Shown one piece after another: positions 1-10,554 of a stretch of DNA of 64,000 nucleotides. Each line of letters opens with the position of its first letter. Position 1 is the first letter of the stretch. Origin of the DNA: an uncultured Nitrososphaerales archaeon (GTDB lineage: Archaea; Thermoproteota; Nitrososphaeria; Nitrososphaerales; Nitrososphaeraceae). Both the position numbers and the translations under genes were made by a program. A model generated the notes under the pieces. It worked only from the letters and a program-made list of their open reading frames with translations, ran no database searches and was not told the origin of the DNA. The stretch is from assembly GCA_963709405.1 (NCBI GenBank), contig CAVPXM010000063.1, forward strand, positions 96,001-160,000, given 5' to 3'.

Positions 1-1945
1 AAAACTGAAATGCTGGATTAATGCCTTCAATCACTACACTTTCAAAGTATCTCCATACTACTCGATAAATTACTACTGGGCCAATTACTCCACCCCAGTA
101 TAATGCAGTATTAAGATACCATCTGTTGTACAAAAATTTCCAGATGGCCCTTGTAATTACTGATGCGGATATTATTTTCGGGTCTACATGTCTTCCAATA
201 TAAAATACGTACCCGAGCCCCCCTCCTATCGCAAAGGCGCCAACAGACGCCACTGCAGCGGTAGGATTAAGGCCTAGAATTGTAGTAGCTGCTCTACCCG
301 AATTTTCAGTAGTTGTATGCTCTCTTATTCCGAACGAACTTGCAAGATATTCTGCAAAAGTATGATGCAATTGAGCTTCGAATATGGGACCAATTAGCCC
401 TCCCACGATTGTTGCAACTGCCAATATGCCAAACGGAAGCCACATAACCTTACCTACCTCGTGTATGTGGTGCCCAGTCTCTTTCATATGCTTTACATGC
501 TTGCTCTCCTCACCGAAAAAGGCCATTCCTACCATTCTAAAGGTGTAAAACGCGGTCATAATTGCAACTATTACAGCTATCGCAAAAAGGGGAACGGCGT
601 GTACGTATCCCGAATTAAGAACAGCAGCAAATATCGCATCCTTGCTCCAAAACCCAGATGTCACAAGTGGCGCAGCCGCAAGCGACAATGCGGCTAATAG
701 CATGAATATATATGTTTTTTTCATGTATTTGCGCATTCCACCCATATCCGTCATGTATCTGGAGCCCACAGTGTGTAAAAGGGCACCCGCGCCCATGAAG
801 AGAGACGCCTTAAATAGAGCGTGACTCATAAGTTGAAAGAATCCAGCCGTGTAACCCTCGACAAAGTTAGTCGAAAGCCCGGCGATTCCCAATGCCATCA
901 TCATATAACCTATTTGAGAACCAGTGGAATAGGCAAGGACTTTTTTGATTTCAGGGTTTACTAGGGCTTGTGTTGCTAGCAAAAATGCGGTTATTGCACC
1001 TACCCAGGCTACAACCTCAAAAAACTGACTGACGCCAAATGCAGCCAAGGCGAAAAAGAGGGGGCCAACCTGCGCTACCAAAAAAACACCAGCCTTTACC
1101 ATGGTTGCTGCGTGAATCAGTGCCGAGACTGGAGTAGGCCCAGTCATGGCCTCCAAGAGCCATTCATTCAATGGGAACTGAGCTGATTTTCCGATTGCTC
1201 CTCCGAAGAGCAGTACAGCTGCAGGTACGAGCAGGTTTTGATGAGCCATTTGGACGGACCATTCTTGATTCTGAGCTAGTTCTTTAAACCCAAAGGTACC
1301 GGAATAAATGAATATCAAAAACATGCCTGCAAGCATCATCGTATCCCCAGCCCTTGTCATGAGGAAAGCCTTCATACCCGCGTGAGTGGGAGAGGCCCAC
1401 ATTGCAATACCTCCTGCAAAATGCCCTTCCTTGCCGACGTTGTCTTTCTTTCTGTCCGCATGCCAAAATCCAATAAGAGCATATGATGCCAGACCCACAC
1501 CTTCCCATCCAAAGAACATCATCAGAAGGTTATCCGATAATACTATCAACTGCATTGAACCGATGAAAAAAAGCATGAAAAACCAATAACGTGTTAGATC
1601 CTTGTCTTCGTGCATGTATCCTGTCGAATAGACTATAATCAGAAAGGATATCCATGCCACGAGGTTGGTCATTATCACAGACAATGGAGTAGCAAGAACG
1701 CCAGTCTTGAGCCCTAAAGCTCCTATCCAACTAACCTGGCTATCAATCACACTGTTACTAGCAATTAGCGGCAACAACGTTGAAGCAGAAATTGCGCTAG
1801 CTAAAGCGAAACCGACAGCAGTATAGTTTTTAATTCGGTCAGGTCTGTGTGAAACAGCTGGTATTACAGCTGCTCCGACGAATGGGAGGATCCATACCAA
1901 CCAAACGTTAACGCCCAGCCCTTGAAATCCAATTACTTCATTCAT
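1..1945 (-). CDS. nuoL: NADH-quinone oxidoreductase (complex I) subunit L, 3' end beyond window start
   Basis: Manual translation from ATG 1945 (MNEVIGFQG..VWILPFVGA); motifs GKSAQFPLNEWLLEAMTGPTPVSALIHAATMVKAG, KKVLAYSTGSQIGYM and HALFKASLFMGAG; same frame at spot checks near 1102, 829 and 121; not in ORF track because its stop lies outside the window. Confidence 0.93.
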   Translation of the reverse strand, partial: MNEVIGFQGLGVNVWLVWILPFVGAAVIPAVSHRPDRIKNYTAVGFALASAISASTLLPLIASNSVIDSQVSWIGALGLKTGVLATPLSVIMTNLVAWISFLIIVYSTGYMHEDKDLTRYWFFMLFFIGSMQLIVLSDNLLMMFFGWEGVGLASYALIGFWHADRKKDNVGKEGHFAGGIAMWASPTHAGMKAFLMTRAGDTMMLAGMFLIFIYSGTFGFKELAQNQEWSVQMAHQNLLVPAAVLLFGGAIGKSAQFPLNEWLLEAMTGPTPVSALIHAATMVKAGVFLVAQVGPLFFALAAFGVSQFFEVVAWVGAITAFLLATQALVNPEIKKVLAYSTGSQIGYMMMALGIAGLSTNFVEGYTAGFFQLMSHALFKASLFMGAGALLHTVGSRYMTDMGGMRKYMKKTYIFMLLAALSLAAAPLVTSGFWSKDAIFAAVLNSGYVHAVPLFAIAVIVAIMTAFYTFRMVGMAFFGEESKHVKHMKETGHHIHEVGKVMWLPFGILAVATIVGGLIGPIFEAQLHHTFAEYLASSFGIREHTTTENSGRAATTILGLNPTAAVASVGAFAIGGGLGYVFYIGRHVDPKIISASVITRAIWKFLYNRWYLNTALYWGGVIGPVVIYRVVWRYFESVVIEGINPAFQF

Positions 1946-1980
1946 TGTCACTCAGACCGATCCTCATTATGCGTCATATT

Positions 1981-3792
1981 TTAATTCTGGGCTCCTCCAG
2001 ATCTTTGGACACTCAAGAGCATGCCTTTCGCATCTATATTGGAGATATGGTGAGGCATTTGAATATCGGATATTGGATTTATATTCCTATTAATTGGTAT
2101 TGGTAATTCATGACCATGTCCTGGCAGTGGCAAGACTTGTGGGTTATTTGCAAACATTGCCTGAATATAGCTTGAAATTGGCGTAATTAACGGATTAGGA
2201 TATACACCAATAATTAGAGTAATAGCAGCAAGAACAGCCATAGTCACTGTAATATATCTATTAGAGTCCTTCACCTGATGCAAATATTCTGGAAGCTTCC
2301 CGAAGAATATACGCTTGTACATCCACAAAATGTAGGCAGTGGACAACACTGTTGCCAATATACCAAATCCAAAAAGAATCACTCTAAATGAGTTCATGTC
2401 GTGCACTCCGGTTTGGAGAACTCCACTAAATAGAATCCATTCTGACATGAATCCGCTAGTTGGAGGAATACCAATAATCGTCAACCCTCCAATCATTGCA
2501 ATTACTGCAGTATAAGGCATCTTTCCAGCCAATCCTCCTAGTTTCGACATACTTCTTGTACCGGTCTGAAGAATAATTGATCCGGCCATCATGAATAAGA
2601 TGCCCTTTCCCAGGCCATGAGTAACATACATCAAGGTAGCTCCAGTAATCCCCAAGATACTTTCAGATCCTAAGCCAAAAAGGATATAGCCCATCTGGCT
2701 TATACTAGAATAAGCCAACACCTTTTTGATATCATCCTGCATAAGAGCCATGGCCCCTCCATAGATCATTGTAGCCAGTCCCCACATGTTTATGTAGATG
2801 CTATATTGAGCGTAATCTCCACTCAAAAGATCCATCCAAAGGCGAAGTAGGCCGTATGCGCCTATTCCAATCATCGCAGGAGATAACAATGCTGAGATCG
2901 GTGTTGGTGCTTCTGCATGTGCATATGGTAACCATATATGAAGTCCAAACGCAGCCAATTTAACACCTAGTCCTATCACAATCGCAAATACGATGATCGT
3001 TATCCACTGGACTGGTATATGTGAGGCGTTTGCCTTTACAACAGAATAATCGAAGCCTCCTGCTAAAAATCCCATAGCGAGCAATCCAAGCAACAAAACT
3101 ACAGCCCCGGCATGTGTCCAGAAAAAGAACATCAGAGAGATTCTACGTCTCGCTCCGTATCCATAAAAAGCAATTAGAAAAAATGATGGAACCAGCATAA
3201 GTTCGAAAAAGACGTAAAATTCTATCAAATTAGTGGCCAGAACAGTCCCTAACATGCCCATAGAAAACATCAGGTATAGCGCGAAGTACAGACCAGTTTG
3301 GGATTTTACGTAATTTTCTCTTTCTATTAAAGTAGTTCTCTGCTCGAGCGTTTCGATATTTAGCCGTCCCGATTGGCTAACTTCACCCCGACCTGGCTTA
3401 TCAGGGGCTAGATCATGGGAATTGGAATCCTTGCCGGTATTGTCAAATCGTTCCCTGGCCTCTTCTTCTATTCGATGAGCCATGTAAGGTTTTGAATAAA
3501 GAGCAAGCACGGTACACAAGATATAAATTGTTAACGCAAATGGCAAACTGAGTCCATCCAACCTGAGGCCGAAATTACCAAATTGACTCCATGTATAGCT
3601 TTCAACGTATGCAGATTTGCCCCCACCTAGCATCATCGCCGGAATGAACAGCATGATTGTTGATATGGCTATCACGGCAAATGAGAACCAGGTGGTTAAA
3701 TTGACACCGTATTTTCTACCCAAATAATATGCAACTGGAGCCAGGATTAGAGGTAGAAAGGTGGCAACCAACAAAAAATGTAGTTCAGCCAT
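1981..3792 (-). CDS. nuoM: Complex I subunit M
   Basis: FYVFFELMLVP, VKLAAFGLHIWLPYAHAEAPTPISALLS, KKVLAYSSISQMG; within nuo operon. Confidence 0.95.
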   Translation of the reverse strand: MAELHFLLVATFLPLILAPVAYYLGRKYGVNLTTWFSFAVIAISTIMLFIPAMMLGGGKSAYVESYTWSQFGNFGLRLDGLSLPFALTIYILCTVLALYSKPYMAHRIEEEARERFDNTGKDSNSHDLAPDKPGRGEVSQSGRLNIETLEQRTTLIERENYVKSQTGLYFALYLMFSMGMLGTVLATNLIEFYVFFELMLVPSFFLIAFYGYGARRRISLMFFFWTHAGAVVLLLGLLAMGFLAGGFDYSVVKANASHIPVQWITIIVFAIVIGLGVKLAAFGLHIWLPYAHAEAPTPISALLSPAMIGIGAYGLLRLWMDLLSGDYAQYSIYINMWGLATMIYGGAMALMQDDIKKVLAYSSISQMGYILFGLGSESILGITGATLMYVTHGLGKGILFMMAGSIILQTGTRSMSKLGGLAGKMPYTAVIAMIGGLTIIGIPPTSGFMSEWILFSGVLQTGVHDMNSFRVILFGFGILATVLSTAYILWMYKRIFFGKLPEYLHQVKDSNRYITVTMAVLAAITLIIGVYPNPLITPISSYIQAMFANNPQVLPLPGHGHELPIPINRNINPISDIQMPHHISNIDAKGMLLSVQRSGGAQN

Positions 3793-4095
3793 TTAACCCT
3801 TCATACTCCTGAATTCCTCGACATCAATCTCCTTGTACAATCTATAGGCAACAATAATAATACCGAGGCCAACAGCAACCTCAGCTGCTGCGATTGCAAT
3901 AGAAAATAACGCAAAAAGTTGTCCCTGCGCATTATTAACGCTTCTTGAAAATGCGACGAGATTTATATTTGCCGCGTTCGCAATTATTTCAATCGCAAAT
4001 ATCATACGTATTGCATTTCTTTTTACCACTAATCCATATATCCCAATGGCAATGAGCATAGTGCTTACGACTATGTAATCAATCAGCTCGTTCAT
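3793..4095 (-). CDS. nuoK: Complex I subunit K
   Basis: 100 aa, three hydrophobic helices, IAAAEVAVGL motif. Confidence 0.95.
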   Translation of the reverse strand: MNELIDYIVVSTMLIAIGIYGLVVKRNAIRMIFAIEIIANAANINLVAFSRSVNNAQGQLFALFSIAIAAAEVAVGLGIIIVAYRLYKEIDVEEFRSMKG

Positions 4096-4603
4096 TTCGC
4101 TGTTCTATGTCCTCCCTGCGAGCTAACGTCAACGCTCCAATGATGGCAACTGCTAGCACTAACCCGAGTACAATTAACGCAGGAGAATAATATGTGAGCA
4201 TCTGTTTTCCTATTGCAACAAAGTTGATACTCGAATTTTGAAATTTCATCAAATGTGGGTTATTGAGACCCGAATAGATGAGTATTGCTCCCAGTCCGGC
4301 CATAAATACTATCAAAAGGACTATTCCTGCACCTTTCCGTCCTCTGTCTTCTTTTCTCGAAAACAGTTCCTGAGTTCTTACTAGCATGACTGTGAAAATA
4401 ACTAATACCGCGACTGCTCCGACATACACAGTTATCTGAAACATAGCTACGAATGGCGAATCCAGAAGCAAAAAGAACCCAGCAACGCCCAGCATTGAGA
4501 TAGCCAGAGCGATTCCACCGTAGATTAGTTCTCTTGATTCCAAAGATACGATCGCAGCACCTATTGTTAAGACTGCAGTTGCAATAAAAATAGGATCAGC
4601 CAT
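4079..4603 (-). CDS. nuoJ: Complex I subunit J
   Basis: QITVYVGAVAVLVIFTVML motif; start taken at MADP (ATG 4603) overlapping the nuoI stop. Confidence 0.92.
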   Translation of the reverse strand: MADPIFIATAVLTIGAAIVSLESRELIYGGIALAISMLGVAGFFLLLDSPFVAMFQITVYVGAVAVLVIFTVMLVRTQELFSRKEDRGRKGAGIVLLIVFMAGLGAILIYSGLNNPHLMKFQNSSINFVAIGKQMLTYYSPALIVLGLVLAVAIIGALTLARREDIEQRNERAD

Positions 4604-5093
4604 GCGTTGCCCCTCTCTCATCGATCTTTAGCTCGACGCTTCCATCATACTTTGGTTTAATCGCAAGTTGTGCAGGAGTGTAAATCAAGTGCTCTTTTGT
4701 ATAGGCTGACAATTCGTAGTCATCTGTCATATACAATGCATAGAATGGACAAGCATCAACACACAGACCACAGAACACGCACTTGCCAAAATCGATTTGA
4801 GGCATGATCGATTTTTTATTGTGTTTCCATTTCTCGTCAACTTTCACCATCCCGATTGCTTCTGCTATACCTTCACATGCGATAGCACATAACTGACAAC
4901 CTGTACATTTGTCATGAAATAGGATATGTCTTCCACGGTATCCAGCTATCCCAACCCCACGTTTGGGATCAAATTGGTAGCCGTCACCAACAAACTTTAG
5001 TCTTTTTTCAGGATAGCGTAGCGTAAATCTCTTTATTATCAGATGCTTCGAGCCTGATTCGATTGCCTTGATAAATCCTCCAGCAGCTGTCAA
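4596..5093 (-). CDS. nuoI: Complex I subunit I (2x[4Fe-4S])
   Basis: CTGCQLCAIAC and CVFCGLCVDACP; start taken at TTG 5093 overlapping the nuoH TGA. Confidence 0.92.
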   Translation of the reverse strand: MTAAGGFIKAIESGSKHLIIKRFTLRYPEKRLKFVGDGYQFDPKRGVGIAGYRGRHILFHDKCTGCQLCAIACEGIAEAIGMVKVDEKWKHNKKSIMPQIDFGKCVFCGLCVDACPFYALYMTDDYELSAYTKEHLIYTPAQLAIKPKYDGSVELKIDERGATHG

Positions 5094-6394
5094 TGTGGTG
5101 TTAATAATCCTCCTGGGCCGAACACTCCTCCATAAACTAATGCGAGGGCTATAAACATATTTATGAATGACAGGACAATCAGCTTGTACCATCCTGTATG
5201 CAGGAGTATATCGATTCTAATTCTAGGGTTTATACCTCTTGGTAACAGCATCAACATTATAATTCCAAATGTCTTTAGCGAAAACCAGAAGACAGCATTG
5301 ACTGTCACAGCGTTGTATATGGGTCTAAGCGTAAGTAATTGGATTAATGGGCTCTGTGGACCAGGAGGACCAAGCACTTGAGGAAAGATCTGTGGACCCG
5401 CCCATCCACCTAGAAATAGAGTGACAAAAAGTGCGGCTAGGGCATACAACTTGATATAAGTTCCTAGCTGAAGAAGTCCATATATCATTCCCGATGTTTC
5501 AGTCAACCATCCTGCGACTATCTCGCTTTCTGCCTCAGGTAAGTCAAACGGAATCCTTTCCAGTTCTGCAAGAGAAGAGATAAAGAAGACAAATGCACTT
5601 ATGGGCAAAAAGAAGAAATACCAAACTTGTGTCTGAGCCAACGCGATATGTGTTAGATTCAGTGAACCCGAAAGTATAACTACAGACAATGCTGACAATA
5701 TAAATGGTATCTCAAAAGCTATCATTTGATGAAGCGCTCGCAAGCCGCCAATGAAGGGGTATTTGCTATTGCTAGCCCAAGAAAAGAGAAGGGCAATTAA
5801 TGGGAAGAAACCCAGGATTGCAAATGCAGCCAATAGGCCCACGTCTGTATTTGAAACAACCCATCCAGGAGCAACCGGTATTAACGAAATTACTGCTGCA
5901 GATGCTGCGACAAAAGCAACTGGCGCGGCCCAAAAAATTAGCTTGTCAGCCCCGGAGGGGATAATTATCTCCTTGGAGATGAGCTTTAAACCATCCGCAA
6001 TTAATTGTAGAATTCCTTCTATTTTTCCTGCATATAGAGGTCCGACTCTCAGCTGCATTTTAGCCAGAAACTTTCGTTCTACAAATATGGTAACTGCTGC
6101 GAATATTGCGGCATAACCGAAACCAGGAAATACCGCCACTTTAAACAGAGTAGTATGCATTATAAACTTCAGGACTGGAAGGGTTCTTGTTGGATCGACC
6201 ATCATAGATAAAAATAGGTATGGAGTAAGAACCTGGCCGTTAACTGGGGGCAGCGGGACATAAAATAAAATTATAAAAATAAGGGGAAGGGCTGCAAGTG
6301 ATACTATAACGAGTACAATTAATATTAACCATATTAGACTAGCAATAAAATTACCAAACCGAAATTCTACTATCCTTGACCCCCTTGACCCCAT
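5090..6394 (-). CDS. nuoH: Complex I subunit H
   Basis: ERKFLAKMQLRVGP, LIADGLKLISKE, AELERIPFDLPEAESE. Confidence 0.95.
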   Translation of the reverse strand: MGSRGSRIVEFRFGNFIASLIWLILIVLVIVSLAALPLIFIILFYVPLPPVNGQVLTPYLFLSMMVDPTRTLPVLKFIMHTTLFKVAVFPGFGYAAIFAAVTIFVERKFLAKMQLRVGPLYAGKIEGILQLIADGLKLISKEIIIPSGADKLIFWAAPVAFVAASAAVISLIPVAPGWVVSNTDVGLLAAFAILGFFPLIALLFSWASNSKYPFIGGLRALHQMIAFEIPFILSALSVVILSGSLNLTHIALAQTQVWYFFFLPISAFVFFISSLAELERIPFDLPEAESEIVAGWLTETSGMIYGLLQLGTYIKLYALAALFVTLFLGGWAGPQIFPQVLGPPGPQSPLIQLLTLRPIYNAVTVNAVFWFSLKTFGIIMLMLLPRGINPRIRIDILLHTGWYKLIVLSFINMFIALALVYGGVFGPGGLLTPH

Positions 6395-6399
6395 GGTAA

Positions 6400-7576
6400 T
6401 TATCGATCAGCCTCCACAGGCCAATAGTTTAGTGCCCAATAAATTGCAGGCATGTCTGCCAATTTTGCTCCTACAAGCAAATGTGGCAATGCCAACAGAT
6501 TTCTGAAAGAACCAACAGATATCTTCACCCTGTATGGTTTTGGCGTACCATCGCTTATAATGTAATATCCCAATGCGCCTCTACCGGATTCTACCCTCCT
6601 ATAAGCTTCACCCGCAGGGCCCTTTGGATTAGGTTGCAGCTTTGCTCTAACCTCTCCTGATTGAGGAATCTTGTCTAGTAATTGCCTCATAATATAGCAT
6701 GACTCTTTCATATCTAAAAATGGGACATAGGCCCTGGCAAAACAATCTGAGCTTTTCATATACTGGACTTTAAAATCTATCTCGTTGTAAACATCGTAAG
6801 GCTCTGCCTTCCTAATGTCGTATGGAATATTTGACGCTCTCAGGTACTGAGCCAGTAACTCCTAACTTTATCGCATCATCCTTTGAAAGTAATGCTACGC
6901 CCTCCGTTCTCTGTCTCATTAAAGGATTGTTATAAAAGACACTTTCATACTCTTTCATTCTTTTCTCAAAGTATGCGATCTGCCTAAGACACTTTTCTGG
7001 GAATCCGTATGGCATATCATTTCTTACTCCGCCAGGAATGTTAAATGCATGAGTAACCCTGGCACCAGTCAACATTTCTAACAAATCAATAAATAACTCT
7101 CGGTCCCCAGTTGGCCACATAAACATCGTCGAATGACCTAGGAAAATGCCGTATATTGCTAACCAATATAGCGTGTACACTTGACGGTTCAGCTCTGAAG
7201 CTATAGCTCTGATAAATTGTCCTCTTCTGGGTACCTGAATGTTTGTCAATTCTTCAACTGCGAGGCTATAGGAATAAGTGATATTGTTGGAATCGTGTAT
7301 AACCGGACGTTCAAGATGAGGAATATTTTGAATAAAGTTGCGGTATTCGCACATTTTTTCTTCTCCCCGATGAACATAACCAGGGTCTGGATCACAATGA
7401 ACAATGTAATCACCGTCGACTTTTACAGTAAACCTAAAGTGCCCTGAACCAGGATGCTGTGGGCCCACGCTCAATGTCATGAGACGATCTTCTTCGGATT
7501 CTTTTACTATCTGTAAACCAGCAGTATTAGTATTGTTTTCGATATTTTCTTCGGTGGTTTCCGAGGTCAGTCTCAT
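6400..7576 (-). CDS. nuoD: Complex I subunit D, split by a 1-bp insertion near 6843 (probable sequencing error)
   Basis: GPQHPGSGH and GYVHRGEEK in the 5' ORF, ESGRG and C-terminal EADR in the 3' ORF; removing one base gives GVTGSVLRASNIPYDIRKAEPY. Confidence 0.92.
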
Positions 7577-7579
7577 ACT

Positions 7580-8146
7580 TCACCTTCCCTTTATCCTAAA
7601 CTCCTTTCTCATAGGGGGGATATCTGCCCAATCCTCTGGTAGAAGGAAGCGGTCATTTCTTGGGTGACCTTCGAAATATACTCCGAGCATTTCGAATGTT
7701 TCACGCTCGTGATATTCAACACTTTTATAAATATTTACTAATGAAGGCAATGATGAATTCTCTCGGCTAGTACGGGTGGCCAGCGAAAGTACGTGTGCAG
7801 CAAGTTCATCTCTAGTATAGGAACCTAAATGATATACAACTTCTATGTAATTGCCCTTCGGATAGTCGGTCCCAGCTACGGACTCGGCGTGATCGAAAAG
7901 CAGTACTTCTTTAATGAATGTTGCAATCTCAATAATGTCCGACCGATCAACCTCAACCTTCATCCTGAGTGGCTTTATGAAGGAAACTTTTATCTTATCC
8001 CCGAATTCAGAGATTAATTTATCCACTATTGATTTTTCAAGGGCTGGCACATCGTTTTGTTTTTTTTCGATCGGAGCACTTGGCTTAATCTTCGTGGAGG
8101 AATTCGCATTAGCATCATTTATACTAGAATTCCCTTTTTCGCTCAT
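7580..8146 (-). CDS. nuoC: Complex I subunit C
   Basis: YHERETFEMLGVYFEGHP..RFLLPEDW..PPMRK. Confidence 0.95.
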   Translation of the reverse strand: MSEKGNSSINDANANSSTKIKPSAPIEKKQNDVPALEKSIVDKLISEFGDKIKVSFIKPLRMKVEVDRSDIIEIATFIKEVLLFDHAESVAGTDYPKGNYIEVVYHLGSYTRDELAAHVLSLATRTSRENSSLPSLVNIYKSVEYHERETFEMLGVYFEGHPRNDRFLLPEDWADIPPMRKEFRIKGR

Positions 8147-8147
8147 C

Positions 8148-8663
8148 TTAGCCTATCTTCGACCTTTTTATTTTTTCCTGTAGAAGCATCGTACCCTGAA
8201 TCAATGTTTCTGGTCTAGGAGGGCAACCGGGGACATAAACATCGACTGGAATAATTCCATCAACACCAGGAAGAACATTGTACGAATCAATGTATAATCC
8301 CCCGGTAATCGCACAAGCACCCATAGCTATCACATACTTTGGATCAGGCATCTGGTCGTAAACCATCCTAAGTCTTGGTGCCATTTTTCTAGTAACAGTT
8401 CCCTGAACGACAACCAGATCACACTGTCGTAACGACCCGAAGGCCTCTATAATACCAAATCTTTCGACATCGTACCTTGGTCCAGAAGCAGCTCCAAATT
8501 CTACACTACAACATGCGGTCTCGAGATGTACAGGCCACAAAGACCAAATTCTTCCCCAGTTAATAGCATATCCGAGAGGCTGATCAAGAGCTTTGACCAA
8601 GACATCTCCCAATTTACTCACCAATACGTTAAAGTGTGTAGGGTTAATCAAGTCCTTTAGCAT
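8148..8663 (-). CDS. nuoB: Complex I subunit B
   Basis: TACCSVE, PKYVIAMGACA, DVYVPGCPPRPE. Confidence 0.96.
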   Translation of the reverse strand: MLKDLINPTHFNVLVSKLGDVLVKALDQPLGYAINWGRIWSLWPVHLETACCSVEFGAASGPRYDVERFGIIEAFGSLRQCDLVVVQGTVTRKMAPRLRMVYDQMPDPKYVIAMGACAITGGLYIDSYNVLPGVDGIIPVDVYVPGCPPRPETLIQGTMLLQEKIKRSKIG

Positions 8664-8721
8664 GGCGCTTCACCTATTCGTCTACAATTTAAGTATTTAA
8701 TGTTTGTTAGAAAATTAGAAT

Positions 8722-9097
8722 CTACCAAATTCCCTTCTTCCCTGAGAGATATAACGCATAACCCATTGCCGAAAACATTATGCCCAAAAATGCCATCATC
8801 GGAAGAGTTGCGATCCTAGGTATAGAGAATAATGAAACACCCCAAATATACAAGAAAATGGCCATAACGTCGAATACTACGAACATTAAAATGTATGCAT
8901 AATATTGCATCATAAAATGTGTTCGGCCTTCTCCACTTGGGACCTGACCACATTCCATTGGTAGAAATTTGACTGGATTGTAGACTGTGTCTGGGAGAAA
9001 TTAACTTCGAAATAATTAGCGCAGGGATTGAGGCAACCAAACCAAAACCCAACATGTAAAGTACAGGAGCGAAGTCGGCACTCGATTCCCCAACCAA
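8722..9097 (-). CDS. nuoA: Complex I subunit A, split by a 1-bp insertion near 8984 (probable sequencing error)
   Basis: N-terminal TM helix in 8816..9097, MECGQ and FVVFDV in 8722..8958; removing one base restores SPRHSYNPVKFLPMECGQ. Confidence 0.9.
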
Positions 9098-9121
9098 GGT
9101 ATCAGTTGCTGATTTAGGAAT

Positions 9122-9130
9122 GATATAAAA
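9122..9130 (-). promoter_or_regulatory. Putative TATA box of the nuo operon (leaderless nuoA)
   Basis: TTTTATATC on minus strand about 25 nt upstream of the nuoA TTG. Confidence 0.45.
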
Positions 9131-9138
9131 ATCTTGCT

Positions 9139-10341
9139 TTAACGTCTGAGGACCATATTGAAAAGGTTTCTTGCAGCCAATTTAGGATGACTTATCGCCA
9201 ATCTAATTATTGTTTTCGTCGTGAAATCCGCTTTAATGAAGTCCAAAAATTCTTCTGGAGATAAATCTCGTAAAATCTCAATCTCCTTATCCCAATCCCT
9301 GTCTGACAGCCCCATCCAGCGAGATTGAACTTTTAATGCTGCATTAATTTTTGAACCAATCTTATTCCGCCAAGCAATTTCGTAATTCATTAGAGATTCC
9401 TTATCGGATCCCATGGGGATTGACTTTGCTCCCACCATCCCTGCTAATCGACCGAATTCAATCGCATATCGGATTCCCTCAAGAACCAGGGGGTTTGATT
9501 GACCAGCGGAGTCTCCCACAAGTATCAGATGATCATAAACACCTGACCGGTGTATTCCTTCATTGGGTATGAAGCCGAAATGATATTCTACTGGTTGGAT
9601 ACGACCCATCTTATCTAATGGCTTGAGCCTTTTTTCCATAATTGTATGTAATTTTGTTGCAGGTTCCTCCTCTGAATGCGGTTTGCTGATTCCAACTCCG
9701 ACTCTAATTCTATTTCTCGAAACTGGAAATACCCAGGCATATCCCGCGTCGGAATAGGTACTGCCGACCATCAAGTGCCAAGTTTCCAAGTCAACTTTAT
9801 CACAATAGCATTCGTATTCCGCCCCTACTCCGTACCTGTTCCAATTTTTCACGACTCCCAATCTTCGTGCTACAATACTACTAAAACCACTAGCATCAAT
9901 AATTAGACTGCATTCAACACTAAAATCTCCCTTTGAAGTCCTAATATTGAGGCCAGAAATCTTGTTTTGTTTATCTTTGATGACATCAAACACGTTACTC
10001 CGCACCATGATCTTGGCTCCAGCTTCAGCCGCTTCAAAGGCAAGGTGTTGATAGACTTTACGAACATCCAGCACGCAGGATTCTGCGCGATTGCTCCTAA
10101 TTACGACCTCATTGGATGGAGAAATAAAGGAATAATTGTTAATTGGGTTATAATAATTGCTATTTATGCCAAGGCTTTCGATATTGCTTATCCATGTCAC
10201 ACCGCTTGTTCTGATATTATGAGCTATGGACGCATCTTTTTCAAACAAGACGACTCTAGCACCACCTTTGGCTGCTGAGTATGCTGCAGAAAGTCCAGCA
10301 GGCCCACCTCCTACGACTGCTATGTCATATTTCTCCATCAA
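9139..10341 (-). CDS. Geranylgeranyl reductase family FAD oxidoreductase (DGGGPL reductase-like)
   Basis: DIAVVGGGPAG, GYAWVFP, LVGDSAGQSNPLVLEGIRYA. Confidence 0.85.
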   Translation of the reverse strand: MMEKYDIAVVGGGPAGLSAAYSAAKGGARVVLFEKDASIAHNIRTSGVTWISNIESLGINSNYYNPINNYSFISPSNEVVIRSNRAESCVLDVRKVYQHLAFEAAEAGAKIMVRSNVFDVIKDKQNKISGLNIRTSKGDFSVECSLIIDASGFSSIVARRLGVVKNWNRYGVGAEYECYCDKVDLETWHLMVGSTYSDAGYAWVFPVSRNRIRVGVGISKPHSEEEPATKLHTIMEKRLKPLDKMGRIQPVEYHFGFIPNEGIHRSGVYDHLILVGDSAGQSNPLVLEGIRYAIEFGRLAGMVGAKSIPMGSDKESLMNYEIAWRNKIGSKINAALKVQSRWMGLSDRDWDKEIEILRDLSPEEFLDFIKADFTTKTIIRLAISHPKLAARNLFNMVLRR

Positions 10342-10554
10342 TTCTCACTAACCATCGAGTTTTATATTTCGTTTTGATTTTCGGGCTCTCAGTACCACTT
10401 TTGTGAACTAATCGTAAAATAACTCAATTCAAAAAAATTCATTATCTTGACTTTGGTTATCCGTATTCGCAACTAGTGATGCTGAGTAAGTAGAAAAATG
10501 GATTTTCGATTTGCAGCAGTATTTGATGGTCTCCATGGGATTTAACTCGAGTTA

